NCBI GenBank assembly: GCA_013115145.1
Contig: JAAPAO010000244.1
Location: 1 to 47,972, forward strand
Origin: Perkinsus chesapeaki ATCC PRA-425
Lineage: Eukaryota > Protista > Perkinsozoa
Length of the DNA stretch: 47,972 bases
Direction of reading: 5' to 3'
Shown piece by piece: positions 21,571 to 33,664 of the stretch. The notes under the pieces were generated by a model. That model did no database searches and was not told where the DNA came from. It saw only the letters and a program-made list of their open reading frames with translations. Made by a program: the position numbers and the translations under genes. Numbering within the stretch: position 1 is the stretch's first letter; every line of letters begins with the position of its first letter.

Positions 21571-23483
21571 TCACTCAATAATTTCTATTTTTCTCTTTTT
21601 ATTGCAGTTATCACTATCAGTTTCATCGCAGCTTCCACGGGGCTTCAGCCATCTTCGTATACCCTCTGGTTTAGTCTTCTCCTTCCGTGGTTGCTCTATC
21701 TTATCAGCACTTCTCTTCATTGACCGAAAGAACTGAGATATATCCTGATTTCCCTTTGGAGGTCTTCTCCCTTCCATATGAGTTTGTGCTTCTCTCAAAC
21801 GCTCTTTTGCCTTCACATCTGAAAGCGTCATAAACCAGCATACTCTTCAATTACCTACCATCAACGTGTGCTGCCCCAGGACAAGTGATATCTACTTGCA
21901 ATAGAGTTGTCACCGCAACATGGTCGCTGAATAGTGGCGCAGTGTAGACGATACCAGTACGAAAAGGCCGGCTGCAGTATTCGAACTCCCATTCAATTGC
22001 CGCCTTACAATAAACGAGTCGGTGACGCTAGCGGCTCGGTTGGCCTACTCTGCTGTCCATTTCCGGAATGCCTTTGTCCTCACCAAATCGAGGGGCTGGG
22101 ACGTGTTGACCATCAGCAGTCGCACATCGGAGAGCTGCCTTAGCATCACAACCTATAACATTCTAAATAGATGATAAAAGAGGAGCATGTTACCTAACGG
22201 AAGAGGAGCACCAATTATAATAGGCAAACTATCATCAGTAAGGATATAGTCAATACGAGTGCCAGAATTGGTATATCTGAAACCAATAATCAAAGGAGTC
22301 TTTCGATAAACTCTGTACCTTTTATTCCTATATTGATCCCAACATGTGAACCTATCCACAGCACTTGGATGTGCTTCACGAAAGCTATCCTTCATACCAT
22401 CTCCTTTCATGCCCTCGAGCCAATTCTTAATATCATCATTTCCGCGACCCATACCGTATTTGTCCGCAATCGCCCTCTGCTCGACCACAGGCACGTGCAC
22501 ACCCGCGGTTTTGGCAAGTATTTCAAACAACTCATCAACTTCAATAAAGCCGCTTTTTTTAGCTACACTACCATCTTCTAATAAAACAGTATTGAAATTA
22601 AACGAAGTGCGAAGTGATAAAGGTGAATTAGATGCAGCTCCCAAATATACAATCTTGGTGCTCTCCGTGTTTTGTGTTCCCTCATCTGGTGAGTTACCAT
22701 TGAGATCTACCTGCCGTAATATTTACAATAAATAAAGTAGCTACTGCTTACTTTAACACGATACCTATCAGATCCGATCTTAGCAATCTCTCGAGTGCTC
22801 ATAATATTCATTATCCTATTCCACGTAGTGCTTGATAATGCCTTATTTATGACTCCTGTTGGAGGGCTGGCAAGTAAGGTGTTAATATCGATCATGCGGT
22901 ACTCCCAGCAGACATCTCTGGGATCGGGGGACATATTCAAGTCTCCAGCTAGGATAACCTTCCAACCATCTTTTCTTATCTTTCTACAAAGCTTTCTAAG
23001 CTTGCATAAAAACTGCATTTTATAGGGTATCCGTTTGCCACCTTCACCTCCATTGGGCACATAAACATTAACAAGAGCGACATCACCACCATGGAAGGTT
23101 ACCAGACACCGTCCTTCATCATCAAATCTTGCATCATCGAAAGGTTTAGTAAGAACATCGCGGACTAACAAGCCTCGGCGTACTAGAGTGCACACACCAT
23201 TGAATCCTGGCTTGGTAGTTGAATGTGACCAGTATACATCATAACCTTTTGGAATTGCCTCTTCAACAGTTTCAGTACTCGAAGCTCTACTTTTGCTAAC
23301 TTTTGATTCTTGTACGGCAAGGACATCTACATCATGTTTCGTGAGATAGTTGTAAATTGATCCATGGTACTTAATGAGTAGCTTAGCAGTTCTTATCCAA
23401 CCGGCAACATTCCAACTCATCACCTTCAGAGTGTCGTTCGTGTTGTTATCTGCATTCGTGTTGATCGTATCATTTACTTCCAT
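21571..23483 (-). CDS. Exodeoxyribonuclease III / AP endonuclease (EEP superfamily)
   Basis: Motifs SWNVAG, VQESK, GFNGV, DDEGR, VNVYVPNG, GDLN, FTCWDQ, GTRIDYIL and SDH in order; K/R-rich C-terminal tail. Confidence 0.92.
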
Positions 23484-23636
23484 TTATAAGATAATCGAGA
23501 TACTTGGCAGGACTTGGCAGGACTTGGCATGTACTGTTACTCAACTCATTACTTAAACTCATGAAACGTCGCTCATCCGTGAGCTACAAACGAGTGTGTT
23601 TGCTTTTGAATTGGAATCTCCAATCCATAAAAATGA

Positions 23637-25232
23637 CTATGGTGTGTTGCCAATAGTCAAAAGAAGCTTTTCCATAGAGAATACTATTATGATGTGACAT
23701 AAAGAGATGAGAATAAGGTCTAGCAGTCTGTAGATAGGGAACAAAGAGAAGGGAACAACTTGCGTCAGACTCTCTGGGTAGCGCAAGCCCACCACCATGT
23801 CATCACACCATCTTGCAGAGCGAAGAAAAAGAAAATGGATAACGATAAGAAATATACGAATGATAGATAACATATAAGTAGTGCGAACAACGAAGATTGT
23901 TTGAACAATGTTGAACACTTTGAGCACTAATATGTGAAGTAACAATCGCGAAGTCGACACCGCTAGAGTGGTGAGCAAGCCATCGCCGCCCACCAATGCG
24001 TAAGCCAAAATTTGTGGAAAACACATAATGTATGTCATGACATATGAAAAACCATTACTACCCCACAATTGCGGCAACACACGCTATATGGTTCTGACAT
24101 GATCACGGAAGCTTTGAAAATCGCCGTATAGAATTTTAATAGCAGCTAGTAGGGGCTCCCTATCTTTCGGATTGGTACAGTATAGTTTATCAGAACTTAT
24201 TTTATTCATACAATTGATAAATTTGTTAATCTGTGGAACATCAACACAGATGACCTTATAACTAACCATAATAGAATATAGTATGTCTATTAGGCTTACC
24301 AACAAATAGCGTGTATTGTGGTAATAATAAGTGTCAACAACCATCATACAACATAACCAATAACACCATTGAAATAAGGCATATACGAGAATATCGTTTA
24401 CCAAAGGTACAGCCCAGATTTCCAACTTTTCCAGAGAAGGTAGGATGGTGAAAACTGACGAATGTTCCGAACGGCGGCAACCATTCCATGTCCTTGTGGA
24501 AAGGAATAATGCAAGTTCAAATAAGCACCATAGACGCTGATTATAATCCTCGCTCAGACAGAGGACAAAACTGCGGGAGCGAGCAATAGACTGGCCGATC
24601 CTGGCTATCCCGTCGAGTTTGAGGTTGGAGTTGGTCTGATGGATGCAAGCCCAATCTAGGAATACGACAGGGCGACCAAGTAGGGGAAAATGTACGAGAC
24701 AGTAGGAGAAGATAACAGCAATAACAGGGGCGAAAAATAGGCATAGTGCAGGTGACCAGCACGTTACATATTGTAATAGAAGGGAGGATACCAAAGTAAT
24801 AGGCAAAACATATCCCCCATAGAATCTTATAAATATACATAACACTTGCGCCATTTTCTTGGCGTGCCAAGAATGACTGATAAAAAAGTCTATATGACCG
24901 TATGGATTAGAATTCCGATATACCATTTGAGACACCATCACTTCGTCTCCTTGACAGATGGGAAGGAATATCTTTGCCAACTGTCGAACCTCAATACCGC
25001 TAACTTTACCACCAACATAGATGCAACTGCTCTTAGGATGCAAAGGATGACCTGGTCTCCTACAAGGAAACATGTTGCATAATAGAGAATATAGAATCAT
25101 ACGAAAGCACTGAATTAAATGACGAAAATGACAAGGGCCATAATCCATCCTATCTTGACAACGTGTGTTCCTATGACATGCTATCACATGTAGACACTCC
25201 CAATAGTCGTCAAAAAATACATTGAGGCTCAC
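23637..25232 (-). CDS. Transmembrane protein with TIR-like domain; one in-frame TAG at 24084-24086
   Basis: DFFISHSW (aa115-122), VFLDWACIHQ (aa190-199), SRSFVLCLSEDYNQRLWCLFEL (aa219-240); ORFs 24084-25232 and 23637-24080 share one frame; first in-frame ATG at 25148. Confidence 0.75.
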
Positions 25233-25356
25233 CAGTCGATATTCCTCTATGGCTCATCGTTAAAGACATCGCATATTGTGACCATCATACTAAACACAAG
25301 AAGGCATAATTGAACAACGTAATGTCAATAAGCATGTAAGCGTATTATGGTAAGGT

Positions 25357-26205
25357 CTACTGTTGCCCTCTAATAAAACTTCTAAACGATCTTCTATTCC
25401 TGTTCCTCTGTGCCTCACTTATCGGTCTAGGAGTGTCATCATCATATACATAAGGATAACTTGCAGTATCAACCTTAACAGTCTCAAGGCCTTCAGCTTT
25501 ATATAAATACGGGAAGCTACTACCACAAACCACCGCAGAGTGATTAACACTATCAAACATATAAGGGAACCCTCTTATTGCCACTCCCTTAGCATCATTG
25601 TACTTGTTGTAAACGTACGGAAATGAGCTAGCAGTAACCAAACCAACACACGGTGGAGCTGTCATATAGGGGAACGTAGCATCAGATACATTAGCAATAC
25701 TATTATCATGACAATGCATATAAGGGAAGCTCCTATCCGAAGCACACCCTTCCTGGGCAAGTGGCGAGGCCGGAGGTGCAGTGGAAGACAACCCAGCGCC
25801 TTTAGTAGCATCAACTGCTGCAGGGGTGCTGCCCTTGCCTAGTTTAGCTTCTCTGAATGCCTTCAAGCTGACTTTCTCGTATTGATTAGCAATTGGTGGG
25901 GGAGGCAGCATCGCCTTAATAGGAACGTTTTCCTCATCTCCAAATTTACCCTTCTCTCGCGTAACCTCAACCCTCCTAGGTGGCATCGGTGTTATCATTT
26001 CACTAGCTCTTGGGGGAACTGCATTTGGAGATCTATCAAAACAGCCGGAGCAGAAGTTTAGCATTGTCAAGAGGGATAAATAAGCTACACCAAAAATATC
26101 TCCTAGCAGGTAGTCATCATCCACCAATAACAGTCTTTGCCTCGATGACTTTTGCGCTGCGGTGTAGTGACTTTGCGCCCGTCTATTTATACGAAAAGCC
26201 ATACT
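25357..26205 (-). CDS. Hypothetical protein with six (S/T/G)(F/Y)PY repeats
   Basis: 298-aa ORF, ATG at 26205 (MAFRINRR), repeats SFPYM, TFPYM, SFPYV, GFPYM, SFPYL, SYPYV. Confidence 0.75.
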   Translation of the reverse strand, partial: SMAFRINRRAQSHYTAAQKSSRQRLLLVDDDYLLGDIFGVAYLSLLTMLNFCSGCFDRSPNAVPPRASEMITPMPPRRVEVTREKGKFGDEENVPIKAMLPPPPIANQYEKVSLKAFREAKLGKGSTPAAVDATKGAGLSSTAPPASPLAQEGCASDRSFPYMHCHDNSIANVSDATFPYMTAPPCVGLVTASSFPYVYNKYNDAKGVAIRGFPYMFDSVNHSAVVCGSSFPYLYKAEGLETVKVDTASYPYVYDDDTPRPISEAQRNRNRRSFRSFIRGQQ

Positions 26206-26557
26206 AGCGGGAGACACAGTAAAGTAAGAGGGATAGCGGCACGATAACAACAAGTGATATAATATTCAGGAGTGAGAGAAGCACAGATCCACACACTACA
26301 GGCCGCTTGGTGAGGAATGGTAACTACAACAATAAGAATCTTATTAACTGTAATAATTACAACAATCAGAAACGGTATATTCTGTAAGTCTGTGACGCAG
26401 AAATCGCAAAAGAAATACCAACAAATGATGGGGGCGCGTTAGTGTCAGCCGTCAATAGGAGGCAAGTCTTGCGGCTTTTTCAACAATGAGACTTCCGTTT
26501 ATTTTCCCCTTCTGTACACATCCCTACGATAAAACAGAAAACGCATGGCTTCCGAAA

Positions 26558-28967
26558 CTAACTATCATCATCATAATCCAGTCCCTTTGATGCTTTCCTA
26601 ATCACCGCTCTCGGACGCTTTCTCAATGGGTAACTACCAGTGCCACTAGGATAGGTCGTAGGGGTATGAATCTGAGGAAACAATAATACGACACGATACT
26701 GACGTATGAGGTAATAATAATAATATATACTTACGGTATCGAAATGGTTACCGTAGATAGCTAGAGTTATTGTTAGTGAGGTATAATAGTAAATATTGTC
26801 AGACTTAATACTTATAATCTTTCTGAGAGATTCTTGCACCGGTTTTTCCTTCTCAATACTATACTCATTACATTGGTAATAGGAATGGGCTTCACGTCAC
26901 TGAACTATTGCCCTTGATAGAATCCGCGCGAACACAAGCTGATTAAACAGCTTTATTAAAATAATGATGACTTGTGAGGTGTGAGAGAATATCCTCAACT
27001 TGAAAAAGTAAATGACTCAAGCTTAATAATATCTCTTGGACTTGGAGGAGAATCCCTTCTCCAAGTTGAATTAAGACCCCCAAACAGCACGAAAATCGTT
27101 TTACTTGTATATAGCTCAAAGGCTCTGCTCTATCATAGTTAGCTTCCTTTTTCTTATCAACGTCAGCTTCTCCATTCTGTCTTTCCTTCCCCACTTTCAG
27201 TATCATTTCCAGTTGTTTAGCTTTTCTTATTTTCTCTCTCGCCAATCGAAATGCTCCTCTTTTAAGAACGTCCATCTGTGACAGCCCCTCCTCAACTTCC
27301 TTTTCTGTCCTTCCAGCCACAACACCTTTCTCTATGGCTTGTATTAAATAAGGTGCCGCATCGATAACAGGACCATCGTATCTAAAGTAGCGAACAGTTG
27401 CTCATAAAGATACAAAACTATTCAAACAACCAAGGAACCCGGAGTTGATTCCAGACTGGCAATTCAAACTCAAACCATGACGAATGGCTAGACTCAAACC
27501 GCCGCCCAAATGCGAGAAAGGGTGCGCAGATAGGTGAAAAATGGCTACCAATTCAGAGACTACAGAGCCCTTGAAACCATACGTAGTTGGCCCATACCGG
27601 AAGGACTACGTAAAGCATATGTATTGAAGCTACCATCACTAATGTTGAGAAATATCTTTCGACACACATCTGTGACGAAAACGCACGCGAGGAAAACGCA
27701 TCAGGCACTCTCTCTAGGAACGTGCTCAAGCCTTATTTTCACCTATATGCTAAATGGTAATCTATATCTTAAACCTCTGCTGCATTGGGAGCATTACTCT
27801 GGAAACAGATATAGAACAATCTTCCGTGAGGCTGAATGGACCCCGCGTCACTGAAATTGATGGATCGGTGAGAAGAACTGCATAGTAAAAGCCGTGCCCT
27901 ACTAGTAACAAGCGGGTAGTAAACAACCTCGGTTTTTGGGGGGTTTGGGTTTCGGGTTTCAATAAAATCTGCCCGAGAGAAGCACTATAGCTGCTGCTTA
28001 CAAATGGACATAATCTACCCAATCTTTGATGTTTAAAGTGACCATCTTAGTGTCAGCAATCTCTGTTACATCCAAATTGACATCACTCTCCTTCACTTGG
28101 GTAAATAAATACTGCATGAACTGGTCCCAAGATTGACCTGAAAAATATCTTACATAACTTATAGAGTTTTCATCACCTTGAATAACATTGAAGGTAGATA
28201 TACGGCCAGTGTAGGACCTAAGGAGAGTTGTGGAAAGAGCGGTATGAGATAACATCATAACTCACTCACTCTTGGCGTTATTAATTAGACAGCAAACATC
28301 AACTTCGGTGGGTGTTAAACCAGCCTGACAATTTGATGGAACAATTAAGTATCATATCAGTGTTGGATTGCTGCATGAATCACAAGGACAAAAAATTCCA
28401 CGAATTCCTCATTGGCTTCTTCAGCGGTCGGTATTGAAAATTGTATATGATGCGATAGCTGTGGAGCTGAGCTGAGGACGATGTTAACATTTATTCCAAG
28501 ACTGTGTTGAATCCAAAGGCACATGTCACGAAATGTGACACCAATATAGAAAAGGGCGATGTAATAAGCGATATTGCCGTTATGCCAATATTATAGTAAT
28601 ATGGCCTTGCCGGGTTATAAAAACGTTAAAATCCCAGCTGACTGTCATCCGCGAAGTACCTCAACATTTATGGAAAAGCGAACAACATTTGATCCGACCA
28701 TATGATACCAAACGGGTCATTATTCTGATCCGTTGTTGTGTCGGAAGATTGACGCCTTGGCGAGTGACGGAGATTTACGATAAGCGATCCAGGAGTTATA
28801 ACTGACCACTTGCCATTTCCTCCCGTCCCGCCTACTGTGACGGAACTCCTGGACGACAACCTCACCTTGATAAGCAATAAACCATGAGTAGTATTATCAC
28901 CAGATAAACTGCATTCGGGGAATAGTATAACAGATTGAGGTTGTGCTGCTGCCTCACTGGCGGACAT
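26558..28967 (-). CDS. Probable multi-exon hypothetical gene (could be more than one gene)
   Basis: ATG at 28967 (MSASEAAAQPQ); open blocks at 27998-28258 and 26943-27380 (YDGPVIDAAPYLIQAIEKG...coiled coil) with GT-AG boundaries. Confidence 0.4.
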
Positions 28968-29506
28968 TGTAAAAATATAAATGGGGAGTGCTAACCGCTA
29001 CATAAATAAGATATATCGAACTATAGCAGCATTATCTTTTCTATTGTGCAGCACTGCTCTTCTGACGGCGCAGACGGGAAGCCATTATGGAAACATAATA
29101 CAATATAATAACGATGACTTCATCATACTTTATAACTATATAAATTCATGTACAGTATCACACTAACATTAACCACAATACATTTTACTGCACTTAAGGA
29201 TTTAACAGGGTAATGCTATCACACAATAATCAACAAAAATAGCAGATATACGTACTGTAGTATAACAATGATACTTTACTAATACACAATGTGATTGAAG
29301 AATCTACACAAATTCCCATACCGGTGAACTATTGGGATATATGCTCGTGATCCACCTAGAGATGCGACCGAGCAAAAAAGCTCCGCCAATCGAGGTCCGC
29401 GGGATTGTTGTGCAACAAAGATCACTCCATGCTATTATTGATAAACTCCACTGTACTGTCGTAATAGTAGACAGAAACATGATCAGCTGCTACTGCTGCA
29501 TACCCA

Positions 29507-32500
29507 TCAGTGGTACCTCGCAAAGTTCTTCTTAGCTTCCTCTAGAGCCCTAACCCATTGCCTCCTCCATGTTAGATTCCCTGGAATGTCAGAGTACCTA
29601 GAATTAACCACTGCTCGAGTTTCGTAAGGTTGTTGAATATATTCAAATTCTGACTGGAATCTAACAAACATGCCATCCCCGAAAATCAATATTTTGTGTG
29701 GTGAAGTATGCTACTTATTGTGATACAGGATACGCTATCACTAATAATAATGGAGTAAGACCAGATGATATAACTATATTATTAATACCTATGAAATAGT
29801 TACCAATCAATACTTATTAATATAACAATAAATATTCAATTAATTTCTGTATTGGTAATGACGTATGCTTCTAGACAACATTTGTTTAGCCTGACGATAA
29901 TATTGACCCCATAACCTATACATAACCGACACCATCAGAGTAAACTAGCAGTAAACCTATCCGACTTGATTAATAATTCAGGTTACTGCTTGTATAAACA
30001 GTAACCAACACAGTAATGTTGAATCACCAATAATCATATCTCATATTTACTACTTTGTAGCATATCTCCAATTAGGCACTAACATCTGCATGGTATCTTT
30101 ACGCAGTGGCCTCAGCTCCATAAGCAACTCGCCATGGTCTTGCTCATACCTGCAGCAAGCCACAGCAAAAATTATTAGTGATTCGGGCATTAGTCTATCC
30201 AATGTCAACATGGATGATAATTTCATTATTGAATATGACATCCAAAACAGAGGGATATTCCTAGGAAAGTAGGGAGAACTGCTTACATCAGAAAAAGGGA
30301 CAGAATTTGTGTGCAAATCCAGCATTTTGGACTGCACTAGGACACAATTGTAAGGCCGACAAGTACGAAAGATGAATATGGTCGATGCAGGGCTCGAACC
30401 TGCGACCCTCGCGTTATTAGCACGATGCTCTAACCGACTGAGCTAAACGACCGATAACACCTAGCATAGCAGGATGGTTCCCACCAGTCTCGCATGGAGA
30501 ACGCTATCCGATTCTCCCGGCCTTCGTAACACAGCGCGATTATCAGATCTCAACCCTCATACGCTTTCTAGATTCTAGTATTTCGACAATACACTGTTAT
30601 TGTCGTTCGCTGCCGACGGCCTTTGTAGAGAGACTAGCAGCGCTACTACCAATCCCTCACCTGAGGGGCAACCGCGCTCGCCCTGGCACGCATGCTTGGG
30701 AGGCGCGAGAAATGAATCATACCAAGAAAGGGTCGACTACTCTACTTTCTACAAGTCCCTTTGGCCTAGCGTGGAGGTATAAATTATTGTATGAACTACA
30801 GGGTTTCATCAAGCAAAGGGGAACTAGCTCGAAGAGCGTCTCTCGGTTTAGTATGCCAGTCTCCTTTTGCCAGGGGCACCGAGATCGATGCCCGGGTTCC
30901 TGTTACTGTCCTCACAGATGCTCTAACCCCTCCCTAAAACTCACCTTCACCAGATCACGGATGAGTACTGTATTAGCATAGTAACGGTCGAGCAATATTA
31001 CATTACTGGTAATTATTAAATTAATAATGATGAGGCAATGATAGAGTTCACCCGGCCCACTCACTCACCCATGAAATTAATAATATTAATGTATTACTTT
31101 TCACCCGGTGAGAAGTAACCTATCATACGTGCATCCTCCTAAGGTACCAATAAAAGGAAACTCTGAGACAATACGCGTTCGGATTTTTTCTGTCGATCAA
31201 TTCTTCTTCTGATTAACATTCTGAATCCTCCCACGCGACATTACTTCTTCAATGATGCCTCCCAGGCGCTCTTCATCAATGACGTCTTATCTCCCATTCG
31301 CTCAATACGATGCCTACATAATACCAATAATCTCATACCGACACCGCCGATAACTAACTTCAGTTTAAGCATTTGTTCCTCTATATGGAACCTTCTAGTC
31401 TCGAGCTCTTCCCTCAACTGCTGCTTATCCCTATAAACATATCTTTGCTCCCACGCTCCCTATTCCTACATTACCGTATCTCCTTGGCACGTATTGTCTG
31501 CTGATGAATCTCCCGCCTGGATAGAACTGTTAATATCCTTTTCATTGTCATTTTAACCTGCGAAAAGATGAATTAGACATATAACTAGATAGCACTTAAC
31601 CCTCCACGGGTGCGATACTTCCCAGGAATAGTAACACTCCTATTAAACTCATAAAACACCCCCCTCAATGATATGTTCTACCTTAATCTACCACTACTCT
31701 ATCATAGTCCAACGGAGACTCAACGACCTTATATAACACTTGTCAGTAAATGAAAATCGGCGATAAATACCTCAATTCCGCAACAGTAAGCCTTCTCGAA
31801 CCGCCTATCAAGTGAATGACATTTCCCATTCTTCGAATGATCCATTGACCCTTGCCCCGCCCTCCCATTTATCACCTTCTTAAGCCTGCCATGATAGCTC
31901 CACTCAGTCCTGTGTGCCCGAGCAAAAGCTCTTTCCGACATTAAAAAATTTTTCTCTTTCAAGCAGATGTACCTACACCGACATTTCTCAAATTTGCCAC
32001 CAGATCGCCGTCACCACAGTTTATGTAGGTCATCAAACGATTTCAACCTTAGCAAACATGCCGGCCACGCGTCTCCAGCTTTGCAGTTCTTTTCCTTATC
32101 ACCCCAAGCCAAATCAGGATCCAAGTGGCCTCCCTTCCAAAACTGGGTTATTCCTCCCTGTGAAAGGGCAGCTCCTGGTCGATGAGATCGGCCCACCAAA
32201 TGCAGGCACGATATCCGAAGGATTCCGCGAGAGGGGAAAGTCATTAGCAACTAATGAGGGCTCTGAATGGTGGATGAGGGAAGCCGATTGATAGAGAGAA
32301 ATGGATGACAAACAACTTTGCAACCGATGGACGCATACTGAGGGGATGAAGAGGATCATATGGGGATGGCTTAGCCAGTGATATCAGCAACGACCCGGCA
32401 ATGCCACGAAAGAATACCGAGTCTGTATGGCATTTCTGAGAGTATATTAGGAACTGAAGCCAGACACACGAGGTGCTAGTAATCTGTAAAGGGGGCGATT

Positions 32501-32554
32501 GGGGCACCACTGCCTCCAAGCGGATGTAGATAGGGAAGCCGCCCAAAACACCAT
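29507..32554 (-). CDS. MRPL47: Mitochondrial ribosomal protein uL29m / L47, multi-exon; 5' end approximate
   Basis: Spliced [36 protein letters not shown]...HGRLKK-VKMTMKRILTVLSRREIHQQ; in-frame joins at 31245/30149 (SLKK-YEQDH) and 30054/29597 (YATK-YSDIPG) to TGA at 29507. Confidence 0.85.
30379..30452 (-). tRNA. tRNA-Ile (anticodon AAT), inside MRPL47 intron
   Basis: Reverse complement GGTCGTTTAGCTCAGTCGGTTAGAGCATCGTGCTAATAACGCGAGGGTCGCAGGTTCGAGCCCTGCATCGACCA folds as a cloverleaf. Confidence 0.97.
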
Positions 32555-32866
32555 TATGTGTCACAGAGATAAACATGAACCACATTTACTCTCTTTATTG
32601 AGAGGAAGTGGAGGTGGACCCTTGATATATTAACGAAATTATATCAGAAATTTGAACAAAAGAGATCTATACAGCGAATGAGTTATGATTATGACATAGT
32701 TTCAAGATCTATATATTATTTTTCATCCTCTAATTAGGTGGATACTGTAAGCCTGGACCAGGCTGCTGCCTGGTTGATGCTAACGGCCCATAACCCTCTC
32801 AAAGACCCCATCATTTATTATTCAGCAAAATAAAAAGTAAGAATAATAATAAACTGATGCTGAATA

Positions 32867-33330
32867 TTAACTGAAATATACATTAAATGTTGCTTTCTTA
32901 AAACCGCATAGACTCCCGACTGGCCTCACTTGCCCCTGAAACCACCAATACCACCACCCACAGACCCCCCCCTTACTACCATGTTGCAGCATCTCTATCT
33001 CTTCTGGTCGGCGACCTGGCACCACCGCGAAGGTTGATGCTCCCAATCGTGAATGATTAACACTAGATCCATCCTCAGCCTCCACCAGATGGGCTCGAAC
33101 CTCCTGCATTACATCTTCCCTTAACCGTACCAATCTCCTTATCGAAGCCCTTCTCTGGTACTGCCGATACCTAAAATGGGCCTCGCTATACCTAAACTGG
33201 TGATCAAACTCTTACGGCTTACCCATATATTGTCGCTGATGTTAGTACCACTCCTATCACTAAGAACAATAAGAAGGCTGGTAGACTGCTGATATGCTGA
33301 CTACCAGGTGCAGGTTCTATAGGGGTCCAT
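32867..33330 (-). CDS. Small single-pass membrane hypothetical protein
   Basis: Hydrophobic exon FLLFLVIGVVLTSATIYG followed by YRQYQRRASIRRLVRLREDVMQEVRAHL. Confidence 0.4.
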
Positions 33331-33664
33331 GGCTCTGACATTTACGAGCTTAAAACTACTAATATACTCTCAACTGGAAAATGTGATTATTCTGTGATGT
33401 GATATAATAGAGAATATTACATATTAACATAATATCCATAACTTAATTATCACCAACAGTCGAGTAGTATCATATTTAAGGTTTTGAAATCAACGTGCAT
33501 TGTTCGCTATTATCGAACCATGACAACCCCTCTCTCTCCCTTGTGACATAACAAAACACTTAACACTTCCTCAGGCATTATATCGCCTCGGAATTGCAGG
33601 AAAAATGACTTAGTGTAATATTCAGTTTATTAATAATAACGATAATGCCGCATCCCGTTTGAAT

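Noticed and set aside
22707-23483. AP endonuclease as part of a LINE retrotransposon
   Set aside because: Has introns and cellular ExoIII/APE motifs; no reverse transcriptase downstream
23502-23529. ACTTGGCAGG repeated about 2.8 times upstream of the AP endonuclease
   Set aside because: Short slippage-type duplication with no further support for function
27537-27548. Minus-strand GTAGCCATTTT, similar to the dinoflagellate/Perkinsus spliced leader
   Set aside because: Lacks the 5' CC and 3' GGCTCAAG parts; a match this short is compatible with chance and it is not upstream of a gene start
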